From the NCBI GenBank assembly GCA_964344655.1, contig CAYFOF010000001.1:159773-223772 (forward strand): a stretch of DNA of 64,000 bases, in the 5' to 3' direction. Position 1 is the first letter of the stretch. Each line of letters begins with the position of its first letter. A program made the position numbers and the translations under genes. This document shows positions 25,139-33,774 of the stretch, in pieces. A model generated the notes under the pieces. The model was not told the DNA's origin. It saw only the letters and a list, made by a program, of their open reading frames with translations, and ran no database searches. This DNA is from Candidatus Woesearchaeota archaeon. Lineage in GTDB: Archaea > Nanobdellota > Nanobdellia > SCGC-AAA011-G17 > PNOQ01.

Positions 25139-26547
25139 TTTTCTGTTATTATGTGTATTGTTAAAAGTACAAGTATTAACGCAAAAAAGTAAATTCCACT
25201 TTTGGAAGTTTTTTTGCCTTTTGACTCATAAATTATTTCATTTGGTTGAGATTCTGAATTTATAACTGTTTCGAAATTTATTTCTTCCATGTAATTAACT
25301 AAATTTTCTTCAGTGCACGTTTGTTTTTCACATAGATTTTGAGTTATTCCTTTTATTTCGAATGATTCAGTATCTTTTTCATCTAAACCTTCTACTACTA
25401 GTTCGTATTTTCCTTCTTTTTCTTTCAGATTGCAGTTTGGGAAAATTTGTATTGGAATTGTTATTGTGTTATCTGAGAATTTTTGATTTATGTTGAATGA
25501 AGTTGTTTTGCTAATCTTTTTATTATTTCTATGGATGTATGCTTTTATACTTTCTTTAGTTTCATCTCCTTTGTAGATATTTACTTTTATTCTTAGATTA
25601 TCTCCAAATTTTGCTTTATTATCTGTTCCTAAATAAATATTTTTTATTTCTATCTTTGATTCTTTGCCTTCATCTTCGTCAGTTGGATTTGCCTCTCCTG
25701 GAGAAGGTTTTGTTTGGTGCCATACATTATTTATTTTTGACCATGAGTTCCCTTCTCTTGAATCTGTATATGTTATCTTTTCAATTTCAACTTCTTCTGG
25801 AGTTAGTAGTTTTATTTCTTCTAGTCCATCATTGTTTAGAAATCCAGATTTATTGTTTGCATATATTATTAGGTAACTATTTGGCTGGATTATTTGTTCG
25901 TATGTTGTTGTGTCGGAGACTATTAGTTTATGATTTGCTTTGTCTTTTAGCATTATTCCAGTTAAATCTAGTTCTAAATTCCCATAGTTGAATAATTCTA
26001 TCCATTCTCCATCTGGCATTGGAGATGCATCATTTCCTTCTGGATCTGGAAGAAACTCTGTTATTTGGATTGTGTATTCATTTAATTGAATATTCTCATT
26101 TGAATATCCGGGGGTTTTTGTACACTCTTGCCATATTTGATTTATTTTGCATAATGATTTTCCATTATTGCTTGCGCCCCACTGTTCGTAATAATGTACT
26201 GCATCTAAAAGTTCTGTGTTGTTATATATGGAAATTAAATCTTCATCATTGTTTAAATTGTTTCCAATTGTTGCTCCAACAGTGTATATTGTTGCGTTTA
26301 TATTTGTGTGGTTGAAATTTTCTTCTACAATTAAAGAGTAATTTGAATTAGTTTGTTTTATTAGTGTTAGAGTATCTTCCGAATATGAATCTTTTATTGT
26401 GTAGTTTTCTAGGTTTAGATCTGTATAAATTTCTAGGTATTCTTTGTTGTTATCAGAACCTTCTGGATTATACATTATTTCAGTGATTTCTAGAAATGCA
26501 CTTGTTGATGGAATTATTAAAAGGAACAATAATAAAATTATTTTCAT
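25126..26547 (-). CDS. lamin-tail-domain (LTD) surface protein with two LTD copies and a C-terminal TM anchor
   Basis: LEITEIMYNPEGSDNNKEYLEIYTD and IQITEFLPDPEGNDASPMPDGEWIELFNYGN..LDLTGIMLKD match the LTD signature. Signal peptide and a terminal TM are present. Confidence 0.7.
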   Translation of the reverse strand: MKIILLLFLLIIPSTSAFLEITEIMYNPEGSDNNKEYLEIYTDLNLENYTIKDSYSEDTLTLIKQTNSNYSLIVEENFNHTNINATIYTVGATIGNNLNNDEDLISIYNNTELLDAVHYYEQWGASNNGKSLCKINQIWQECTKTPGYSNENIQLNEYTIQITEFLPDPEGNDASPMPDGEWIELFNYGNLELDLTGIMLKDKANHKLIVSDTTTYEQIIQPNSYLIIYANNKSGFLNNDGLEEIKLLTPEEVEIEKITYTDSREGNSWSKINNVWHQTKPSPGEANPTDEDEGKESKIEIKNIYLGTDNKAKFGDNLRIKVNIYKGDETKESIKAYIHRNNKKISKTTSFNINQKFSDNTITIPIQIFPNCNLKEKEGKYELVVEGLDEKDTESFEIKGITQNLCEKQTCTEENLVNYMEEINFETVINSESQPNEIIYESKGKKTSKSGIYFFALILVLLTIHIITEKWKK

Positions 26548-26577
26548 TAAATGGGGAATTAGGGTGTTTTTATAAGA

Positions 26578-29226
26578 TTATGCCTTCTTTTTTCTTCTTT
26601 TCCTTTTTTTCTTTCTTATAATGGAGAAAATTAGTAAAAATAAGAGTATAGAAACTACGAATGGCCCGAAATGTTTTATTAGTTTGATGTAATATTCATT
26701 AAATTCTTCAGTCGTTTTATCTACAAGGTCTTTAAATTCTTTAATTGGGGTTTCTTCTTCTATTGGAATCTCTTTCTCCTCTGTCGCTTTTTGTATAACT
26801 TCATTTATTGATTTAATGTATATATCTGCCTTGGTTCCAATTATTTTTTCAACTTTTACTAATAAATCATATGTTTTTCCATCTAAATCGATATCGACTT
26901 TCCATTCTTCTCCTTCAGTCATATTTTTTGATTGTTTTTCTGAAGAAACAGAAACTTCCACTATCTTTCTTTCTCTGTATATGTTTTCTATTTTTAATTC
27001 ATGTTTTTCATTGTTAATATCAAATTCCAATCTTTGGTTTTCAGACATTGTTCTTTCAAAACCTTCTTCGACTGAATTATCTCTTACTGAATAACTGTTG
27101 GATCCTGAAGATGATGTATCTTCTGTGGCAGTGGGTGTTGCTGTAAGAGAGAAATTTATGTTTTTGTTTTCGGTTAAATTTATTAGAGTAGTATTTGTTT
27201 GATATCCAGATGCTTGTGCAGTTATTGTATAATTTGAATAGTTTGTTTTTGTCCCACCAGTGTTTATATAGTCTAACAATGTTTGGCGAGGGATACTATC
27301 GTTTGTAAGGTCTGAATAAATCACTCCGTCAGTAGAGTTTTTTATTGTTATGTTTGTGTTCAATACGCCCGTTGCAATGTCTAAATACCATTTTCTGGAG
27401 TAGGAAGAAATATTCTCGGAATCAACAAATTCTGTTCCATCAAATGTAACATTTATTAGGGTATTTCCTGTTGAATTTCCAGATAGATGTAAATTCCCGC
27501 CGACTGTTGTATCTTGAATTGTGTTGTTAAATGCTCCAGTTCCTTCGGGTCCGAGAACTAAATCCCATCTAAATATTAAATCTCCCGTAACATTATTGCT
27601 ATAAAAATTTTCTCCCATTACATTATCGTGCAATATTAAATCTCCGATTATGGTATTATTATATGCAGTGTTATTATATGTATCGTGAAGTGAATAAAAT
27701 ATTCCTCCTTTCATTGTATTATTATACATTGTGTTGTTGAATGCACCCCATTCAAATAAAAATCCAAAGTCCATATCTTCCATTGTATTGCCATGAACGG
27801 TTACATTTGTAGAATTTCCAGTAAGCATTATCCCATGTGCTGCAGCTACTGTACTATTTCCTGTGTTGTCATAAATGAATCCATCTGAAGTGTTTTTAGA
27901 TACGGAGATACAATAATATGTTGCATTGCAAGTGTTGTTAAATACATTAAAATCTTCTGTAAAGTAAACATCCATTGCATTGTTAAGAAGATCTTCTTCT
28001 AGATAATTATTAAAAATATTGACATTATATGTTTTTTCTGTAACGTTGTGTCCTGTTTTTAGATAAGATGTGTAAAGATTATTATTTGAAAAGTTAGTAT
28101 TGTTTGCACCTTTTAATGTAATTGATACGTTGTAAAGATTATTTCCATCGTAAGTAGAGTTGTAGTGTTCTGAATCCATTAATAAATTAAAAAATACATT
28201 GTTGTTTATGTTTGCATTGTAGTTGTCCCAGATTTCAATGTCAAAATCATTGTATACAGTTGAATTAAATTCATTATTTGATATGTTGAAGTTGTAAGAA
28301 TCTCCGTCTCCTGAAACATGGTAAGCGTAAAATTTGTCTATGTCTCGGAATTTAGAATTTACAACTGTTAAATTTTTTGGAGAATCGAATCCTAGTGAGA
28401 AAACAGACCCAGTTACATTAATCATTGTTAGGTTGTCTATATTTATATCATGTGCGTCTGGTAAATAATATATTCTTCCAGTAGAATTTACATATTCTGT
28501 ATTTACTAGGTTTGTGTTGTTTCCCCAGAATTCTAATCCTTGACTTTGGCCTGTAAAATATGAATTATTGATTGTCATGTTGTTTGGTTTTAAAGTCAAT
28601 TTTCCTGTAGAGTCTGTGAAATTTAATCCACTAAGATAAACATCTTCTCCCTGGAAAGTGATTGCTGTTGATCCAGTATAGGTCCAATTTTCCACTCGAA
28701 TATCTCCTACTGTAGATTCTAAACTTAATCTTCCTTCTATGTTATTTAATGTAAGTCCGCTAGCAGACCCATATACTTGAAGATATGAGGTTCCTTCAAA
28801 TGTAACGTTGTTAAATACTGTTCCGTCAACTCCTGTGAATAATGCAATCTTTTGGCTGTTTGACCTTACTGTTATATTGTGCATTGCAAGATTGGCTCCT
28901 GAACCAAAAAGTGCCCAATTATTTGATGCACTCCAATCTTCAAAAATACAATTTTGAATAGTTATGTCTGATACTGTTGCAGCATATCCCCATTTATTTG
29001 GGGCGGTGTTTGATGTATTCCCAAAAATTGTGTATCCATTACAATCAAGTACAGAATTTGATCCTCCTGAAAAGCAATTGGAATCTAATGCTGCATAAAC
29101 GTCTGATGTTAAATCATAGTTAGTGCTAGAAGATAATGCTTGGCAGGTTGAAATATCTACTGCATCAGATTCAGTCGACAATAATGAAATCAAAATCAAT
29201 ACAACTATTAGCAAACCTCTTTTCAT
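26578..29226 (-). CDS. right-handed parallel beta-helix surface protein (882 aa) with a C-terminal TM anchor
   Basis: Signal peptide. Long arrays of about 22-aa N-rich coils (NNxF.N..., NTxYNNT). A WYLDI carboxypeptidase-regulatory-like domain, as in the 1763-aa adhesin. A DIDLDGKTYDL domain. TM plus RKKKRKRRKKKA. Confidence 0.7.
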   Translation of the reverse strand: MKRGLLIVVLILISLLSTESDAVDISTCQALSSSTNYDLTSDVYAALDSNCFSGGSNSVLDCNGYTIFGNTSNTAPNKWGYAATVSDITIQNCIFEDWSASNNWALFGSGANLAMHNITVRSNSQKIALFTGVDGTVFNNVTFEGTSYLQVYGSASGLTLNNIEGRLSLESTVGDIRVENWTYTGSTAITFQGEDVYLSGLNFTDSTGKLTLKPNNMTINNSYFTGQSQGLEFWGNNTNLVNTEYVNSTGRIYYLPDAHDINIDNLTMINVTGSVFSLGFDSPKNLTVVNSKFRDIDKFYAYHVSGDGDSYNFNISNNEFNSTVYNDFDIEIWDNYNANINNNVFFNLLMDSEHYNSTYDGNNLYNVSITLKGANNTNFSNNNLYTSYLKTGHNVTEKTYNVNIFNNYLEEDLLNNAMDVYFTEDFNVFNNTCNATYYCISVSKNTSDGFIYDNTGNSTVAAAHGIMLTGNSTNVTVHGNTMEDMDFGFLFEWGAFNNTMYNNTMKGGIFYSLHDTYNNTAYNNTIIGDLILHDNVMGENFYSNNVTGDLIFRWDLVLGPEGTGAFNNTIQDTTVGGNLHLSGNSTGNTLINVTFDGTEFVDSENISSYSRKWYLDIATGVLNTNITIKNSTDGVIYSDLTNDSIPRQTLLDYINTGGTKTNYSNYTITAQASGYQTNTTLINLTENKNINFSLTATPTATEDTSSSGSNSYSVRDNSVEEGFERTMSENQRLEFDINNEKHELKIENIYRERKIVEVSVSSEKQSKNMTEGEEWKVDIDLDGKTYDLLVKVEKIIGTKADIYIKSINEVIQKATEEKEIPIEEETPIKEFKDLVDKTTEEFNEYYIKLIKHFGPFVVSILLFLLIFSIIRKKKRKRRKKKA

Positions 29227-29267
29227 AATGTATTTTTTGAATTTTTCATTTTTAAGGTTTTTTGTTT

Positions 29268-29675
29268 TTATAGTTTTAATTGTTTATACTTCCCAATTAA
29301 TTCTTTGAAATTTATTCCTTTTTCTTGACATAGTTTTAGAGAAATCGTGTAATTACCATTTTTGTTTGTTTTGAGATTATTTACATTTAGAAAGAACCAT
29401 CCGTAATTATCAAATCTCATTCCGACAAATGGTTTTGCGTTTATTTTATTTGAAAAATTTATTAGTTGTTCTATTTCTTCTTTTTGTAAGTTTCTTGAAT
29501 TGTTTTTTGAAGATTTGCATTCAATTGCTAAAAGTTTATTTTTATTCCCTGCTAGAATATCTGGTGCAGGCATTGTTGTTGAGCCGGAACCTGCACTTCT
29601 TACTGCGGCAAAATTATTTTTCCAAAATAAATGAAATAATTCTCTTTCTGCTCTTGTTCCTTTTATTTTGCTCAT
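29268..29675 (-). CDS. hjc: Holliday junction resolvase Hjc
   Basis: KGTRAERELFHLFWKNNFAAVRSAGSG..PDILAG..LLAIECKSSK is the archaeal Hjc nuclease motif set. Confidence 0.9.
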   Translation of the reverse strand: MSKIKGTRAERELFHLFWKNNFAAVRSAGSGSTTMPAPDILAGNKNKLLAIECKSSKNNSRNLQKEEIEQLINFSNKINAKPFVGMRFDNYGWFFLNVNNLKTNKNGNYTISLKLCQEKGINFKELIGKYKQLKL

Positions 29676-29708
29676 AATGTTTTATTATTGATTGTTATTT
29701 ATAAATTA

Positions 29709-29752
29709 CTTGCCGGTGTTTGGCAAGCGTTAAAAGAAATAAAAAAGAGATT
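29709..29752 (-). terminator. oligo-T tract plus GC-rich hairpin (CTTGCC-N7-GGCAAG) downstream of the DUF1931 gene
   Basis: On the minus strand the stop is followed by TCTCTTTTTTATTTCTTTT, then a 6-bp GC-rich stem at 29709-29727. Confidence 0.4.
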
Positions 29753-29914
29753 TTATAAATCTCTTGCTTGAACAGTTTTTCTACCGTTTGCTTTACATCT
29801 CTCTTCTGCTTTTGCGATTAATGCTTCAACTTCTTTATTAAGTGCATCTGCGAAATCGCCTGAAACATTACAGTCTTTTACGTATTCTTTTATTTTTGAT
29901 TTTACAACTAACAT
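29753..29914 (-). CDS. histone-fold-like DUF1931 family protein (53 aa, not in ORF track)
   Basis: Hand translation gives MLVVKSKIKEYVKDCNVSGDFADALNKEVEALIAKAEERCKANGRKTVQARDL. A GGAGGT sequence lies 7 nt upstream of the ATG. Confidence 0.6.
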   Translation of the reverse strand: MLVVKSKIKEYVKDCNVSGDFADALNKEVEALIAKAEERCKANGRKTVQARDL

Positions 29915-30002
29915 TTTTGTTAATACCTCCAAATATGATTTTGTTGTTTAATTTATACTTATAAGTTTTTTTATTAATAAAAAAATAAAAAAAATAAATT
30001 TT

Positions 30003-30359
30003 TTATTTTAACATAGCGTAACCTTTTCTTAATGCAACTAGAACTGTTGCTGGTGTTAAGAAAGCTACAAGATATGCTATTGCATTGTCAACGAATGGTC
30101 CTATATATGGTATTACTGTGTAACTAGATCCACCGAATAATGCTAAAGTAAGCGTTACTAGGATTAGTAGAGATACGTCTTTTAATTTGTACATGAAACC
30201 TACTACTAACCCAAGGATTACAAGAACTAGTGTCCAGAAAGGCATGGTAACCCATCCTCCACCTAGTGCTCCTCCAAGAGCTAAAACTACTGCAAGGATC
30301 CATGCAAGATTGAAAGCCCACTTATCCCAAGCACTTTGACTTTTCTTTTTTCTTGCCAT
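30003..30359 (-). CDS. small membrane protein (about 4 TM), unknown function
   Basis: Gly/Leu/Val-rich hydrophobic segments. Visibly higher GC than its neighbours. GGAGGT lies upstream of the ATG. Confidence 0.6.
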   Translation of the reverse strand: MARKKKSQSAWDKWAFNLAWILAVVLALGGALGGGWVTMPFWTLVLVILGLVVGFMYKLKDVSLLILVTLTLALFGGSSYTVIPYIGPFVDNAIAYLVAFLTPATVLVALRKGYAMLK

Positions 30360-30441
30360 TTGTAGTTTACCTCCTTTTATTGATAATAATAGTATAAAAT
30401 TCGATTTTTCCTTATTTAAGTATTATGTAACCACAAGTAAG

Positions 30442-31428
30442 TTATGATTTGGAATATTTTTGATATGTATCTTTTTTCATGAATATTTTTTTAGTGATTA
30501 CTGCAATTCCTTTCTCAGAATTCTTTATTTTTTCAGAATTTAATTTTGTAGTTCCCGTTGCAATTAATTCATTCTTTAAAGTTAGGATTGCAACTGTGTC
30601 ATTTTCATTTATGTTTGATTCTAGTTTTATAACTCCGGGAATTGCAAGGTCTGTTCCGTGACATAATGGGTCTACTGTACTGTCTGATACCCAAATTTTT
30701 GGTAGATGTTCAATTGCGGTTTCAACTGGTAGAATTATTTTTTTTAATTCACTTTCTTTTCCTTCTTTGTATAATTCAAATGCATCTTTTAATTCATATA
30801 ATGAATGCATTGTCTTTTGATTGAAAGGTCCAACTCGTGTTCTTATTAATTGTTGCATATGTGCTTTTGTTTTTAGTTTTAATCCTATGTCGTGGCATAA
30901 TTTTCTTATGTATGTTCCTGCTTCGCATCCTACTGTGAATAAAACATCTTGATTATTTTTTATTTCGTGGATTTTTATGTAATAAATTTCTCTTTGTCTT
31001 TTTCTTCTTTTTACTGCAGATCTTACTGGGGGGAGTTGTTCGATTTTTGTTATGAAAGAATTTATTGCTTGTTTTATTTCATTTTCATCTTGTTTTGTGT
31101 GTAAATGCATTAAACATACATATTCTTTTCCCGCTTTTAGTAAATTATGAATAACTCTTGTAGATCTTCCTAGTGCTATGATTAATGACCCAGTTACGTT
31201 TGGATCTAATGTTCCAGAATGTCCTGCTTTGTTTATTTGAAGTATTTTTTTAACATAATCTGTTGTTTGATGGGATGAAGGTCCTTGAGGTTTATTTATG
31301 TTTATGATTCCATAATCTAGAGATTCTTCTACTGTTCTAGTTTTTGGATCTTTTCCATAATTTTTATCTGTTGTTCCTTTTTGTTTTTCGATTATGGTTT
31401 TTTCTTCTCTTTCAAATGGAAATTTCAT
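30442..31428 (-). CDS. cbf5: H/ACA RNP pseudouridine synthase Cbf5 (TruB family with PUA domain)
   Basis: GHSGTLDPNVTGSLIIALGRSTR catalytic motif. The C-terminal PUA-like region and the length are typical of archaeal Cbf5. Confidence 0.9.
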   Translation of the reverse strand: MKFPFEREEKTIIEKQKGTTDKNYGKDPKTRTVEESLDYGIININKPQGPSSHQTTDYVKKILQINKAGHSGTLDPNVTGSLIIALGRSTRVIHNLLKAGKEYVCLMHLHTKQDENEIKQAINSFITKIEQLPPVRSAVKRRKRQREIYYIKIHEIKNNQDVLFTVGCEAGTYIRKLCHDIGLKLKTKAHMQQLIRTRVGPFNQKTMHSLYELKDAFELYKEGKESELKKIILPVETAIEHLPKIWVSDSTVDPLCHGTDLAIPGVIKLESNINENDTVAILTLKNELIATGTTKLNSEKIKNSEKGIAVITKKIFMKKDTYQKYSKS

Positions 31429-31468
31429 AAGTTTTTGTTTAAAGAATTAGTTTATAATTGTTTTGATC

Positions 31469-31930
31469 TTATTTCTTTTTCTTTGCTAGTTCAGCTGCAG
31501 TTGGAACTTTTTCTTTTTTTGGGGCTTGTTTAGCTAGTTCTTCACCTGATTCTTCCTTTACTTCTTCAGCTACTTTCTCAGCAACTTCTTCTTTCATACC
31601 TTCTTCTTGAAGTTCTTCTTTTACTTCCTCTTTAATTTCTTCTTTGATTGCTTTTTTAGGTTCTTCTTTAACTTCTTCAACTGGTGCATCAACTAATTCT
31701 ACTTTTGTAGTGTTTTCTTCTTTTGTAGCTTTAACATTTACTTTGTGAGGTGGATTTTTAGGTCCGTTTTTCCAAATTAATTCGTTTAAGTATTTTCCAA
31801 TTTTAATATCCTTAGTTTTCATGTGTTTGGTTAAGAACTCTTTTATTGCTCTGATTGCTTTGCTAGATTTTTTATGTCTAGGTGCTTTTTGAAATTCTTT
31901 TCTTAAAGGGATATTATAAATTCTTTCCAT
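31469..31930 (-). CDS. rpl31e: 50S ribosomal protein L31e with an approximately 70-aa Glu/Lys-rich C-terminal extension
   Basis: ERIYNIPLRKEFQKAPRHKKSSKAIRAIKEFL..NELIWKNGPKNPPHKVNV is the L31e core. A tail of EEVKEE-type repeats follows. Confidence 0.85.
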   Translation of the reverse strand: MERIYNIPLRKEFQKAPRHKKSSKAIRAIKEFLTKHMKTKDIKIGKYLNELIWKNGPKNPPHKVNVKATKEENTTKVELVDAPVEEVKEEPKKAIKEEIKEEVKEELQEEGMKEEVAEKVAEEVKEESGEELAKQAPKKEKVPTAAELAKKKK

Positions 31931-31932
31931 TT

Positions 31933-32106
31933 TTACGCTTTAGTTTTTGTTCTTCTCCAGCTTCTTTTTCCTGCACTGAATCTTGAAGGGTGGATTTTCT
32001 TTCCAACTCCAGCTATTTTTGGAATTATCCAAAATGGTGCCCATTTAGATCTTTTTCCTAATTTTCCTAATCTTCTTTTTTTTGCTGGTGCTATGTATCT
32101 TGTCAT
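31933..32106 (-). CDS. rpl39e: 50S ribosomal protein L39e (57 aa, not in ORF track)
   Basis: Hand translation gives MTRYIAPAKKRRLGKLGKRSKWAPFWIIPKIAGVGKKIHPSRFSAGKRSWRRTKTKA. Its ATG overlaps the S19e stop. Confidence 0.8.
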   Translation of the reverse strand: MTRYIAPAKKRRLGKLGKRSKWAPFWIIPKIAGVGKKIHPSRFSAGKRSWRRTKTKA

Positions 32107-32507
32107 TTTTTATCTAATAAGGATTTTCCTTTTGCAGTAAGGATTCTTCCTTTGTGGGCTCCTTTTTCTGTTTGTTCAATTAATTTTGCAGATTCAAGTT
32201 GTTGCAAAATTGTTCTGATTATTTTTCCTGAACCCTTGAAGAATTTTTCTGGTTTATGACCTCTATTCTTTTTTCCGCCATATTTTACTTTTAATTTATT
32301 TACTCCAATTGGTCCTAGTAAGTATATTTTTCTTAAGATTGAAGCAGCTCTTAGGTACCACCAATTTGCATCTGCAGGAGGTCTTTCTCTAGCTCTGCTT
32401 GTTTTAACGAAATTTGCCCATTCTGGCTTAGTGATTTCCTTAATTTCTTTAAGTTTTTTAGCAGTATTATCAATTAATACATTTGTTTGTGTGTCTTGTA
32501 TTTTCAT
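32103..32507 (-). CDS. rps19e: 30S ribosomal protein S19e
   Basis: WWYLRAASILRKIYLLGPIGVNKLKVKYGGKKNRG..SGKIIRTILQQLE matches the S19e pattern. Confidence 0.9.
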   Translation of the reverse strand: MKIQDTQTNVLIDNTAKKLKEIKEITKPEWANFVKTSRARERPPADANWWYLRAASILRKIYLLGPIGVNKLKVKYGGKKNRGHKPEKFFKGSGKIIRTILQQLESAKLIEQTEKGAHKGRILTAKGKSLLDKK

Positions 32508-32610
32508 TTTTTAAACCTGTAGATTTTGTGACAATATTCTTTTTAAAAAGGTTTCTATTTTAATTTTTAGTTTTGGTTAAGTTTTTATATTATATTTTTT
32601 TGTTATTATT

Positions 32611-33774
32611 ATGAAAAGTATGGTGATATTTGTAGTTTTACTTATTTTGTTTAGTAATGTTTATGCTGTTGAGGATGTTGATATTCCTGAAACTTTTGAA
32701 ACCACTCAAAAAACTATTGGAGAAAGCGAAACTACATATTTCTATGCTGGTTCAAAGTTATTGGCTAGTAAAGATTCTTCTGGTTTGAATTATCATTATC
32801 AAGATAGATTGGAGAGTGATATTGAAAGTAAGTCTCTTCCTTTTGGTCAGTCTTTGAAAGTTGGAGAGAGATTTTCATTTACAGGGAAAGAATTGGATGA
32901 AGATTTATATTATTTTAATGCTAGATATTATGATTCTTCTTTGGGAAGATTTACTTCAGTTGATCCTGTTCCTTCTCAACCTGCCTATCAATATGTTGCA
33001 AATAATCCTATTAAGTATGTTGATCCTACTGGAACAGTTATGGATGAACCTCCCCACCAAACTGCAAGAGATAGGCAAATATTAAGGGAATCAGATAAGG
33101 TTGATGATGTAGTTTATAGGGAGCCTGTAGATATTGTGGCTTTTGATGAATATGGTATGCCGCTCTCTGGATATTATCTTAAATATGAAAGTGGGAGAAC
33201 TGAATATCAAATAGATCCTAATGTTAAACTTGGTGTTGAACCACAATGGTTTACTGTTGAATTGGCTCTTGGTGCTTCTGTCGGATTTAAAGGGGCAGGA
33301 TGGAGTCTTAGTGGATTATCTAGGAGAGCTCTTGGCGCGATAGGTCTTCCTGATCCAGTTGATACTGCTAAAACTATTCGTTTATTAGCATCGGATATTA
33401 ATCCTAATTGGTGGAGAATTGTTGATCCTTCTGCTGAACCGGGAAAAAGAGTATTTGATGTAGACACTGAGACTCTTGTTAAATATTTAGATGATACTGG
33501 TCAATTACCTGCGGGAGATGGAGCTATCAATGTTTATATTGAATTTACTGATTTGAATCACAATGTGGCAAGGCGGCAAACAGAACTTTTAAGATCAGAT
33601 GAATTAGCTAGAGAATTAAACCCTCTTTTAGATCCCTCTCTTAGGCCTTCATTTAAAACAGATTTTATTAGATTGATTAATCCAGAAGATAGACTAGAAT
33701 CTTTGACTAAATCATTGGGACGTCCCGTTAAAGATGAAGTTTCTGGTCTTGCGAGATTCCCTTCTCAAAATTAA
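32611..33774 (+). CDS. secreted RHS-repeat-associated-core protein with an unknown C-terminal (toxin-like) domain
   Basis: Signal peptide. YFYAGSKLLASKD..YHYQDRLES..PFGQ..FSFTGKELDEDLYYFNARYYDSSLGRFTSVDPV..YQYVANNPIKYVDPTG is the RHS core terminus. About 240 unrelated residues follow. Confidence 0.7.
   Translation: MKSMVIFVVLLILFSNVYAVEDVDIPETFETTQKTIGESETTYFYAGSKLLASKDSSGLNYHYQDRLESDIESKSLPFGQSLKVGERFSFTGKELDEDLYYFNARYYDSSLGRFTSVDPVPSQPAYQYVANNPIKYVDPTGTVMDEPPHQTARDRQILRESDKVDDVVYREPVDIVAFDEYGMPLSGYYLKYESGRTEYQIDPNVKLGVEPQWFTVELALGASVGFKGAGWSLSGLSRRALGAIGLPDPVDTAKTIRLLASDINPNWWRIVDPSAEPGKRVFDVDTETLVKYLDDTGQLPAGDGAINVYIEFTDLNHNVARRQTELLRSDELARELNPLLDPSLRPSFKTDFIRLINPEDRLESLTKSLGRPVKDEVSGLARFPSQN

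Noticed and set aside
30124-30321. 65-aa alternative-frame ORF inside 30003-30359
   Set aside because: It lies on the same strand but out of frame with a coherent 4-TM membrane protein that has a GGAGGT site. The alternative product has no hydrophobic or motif logic.
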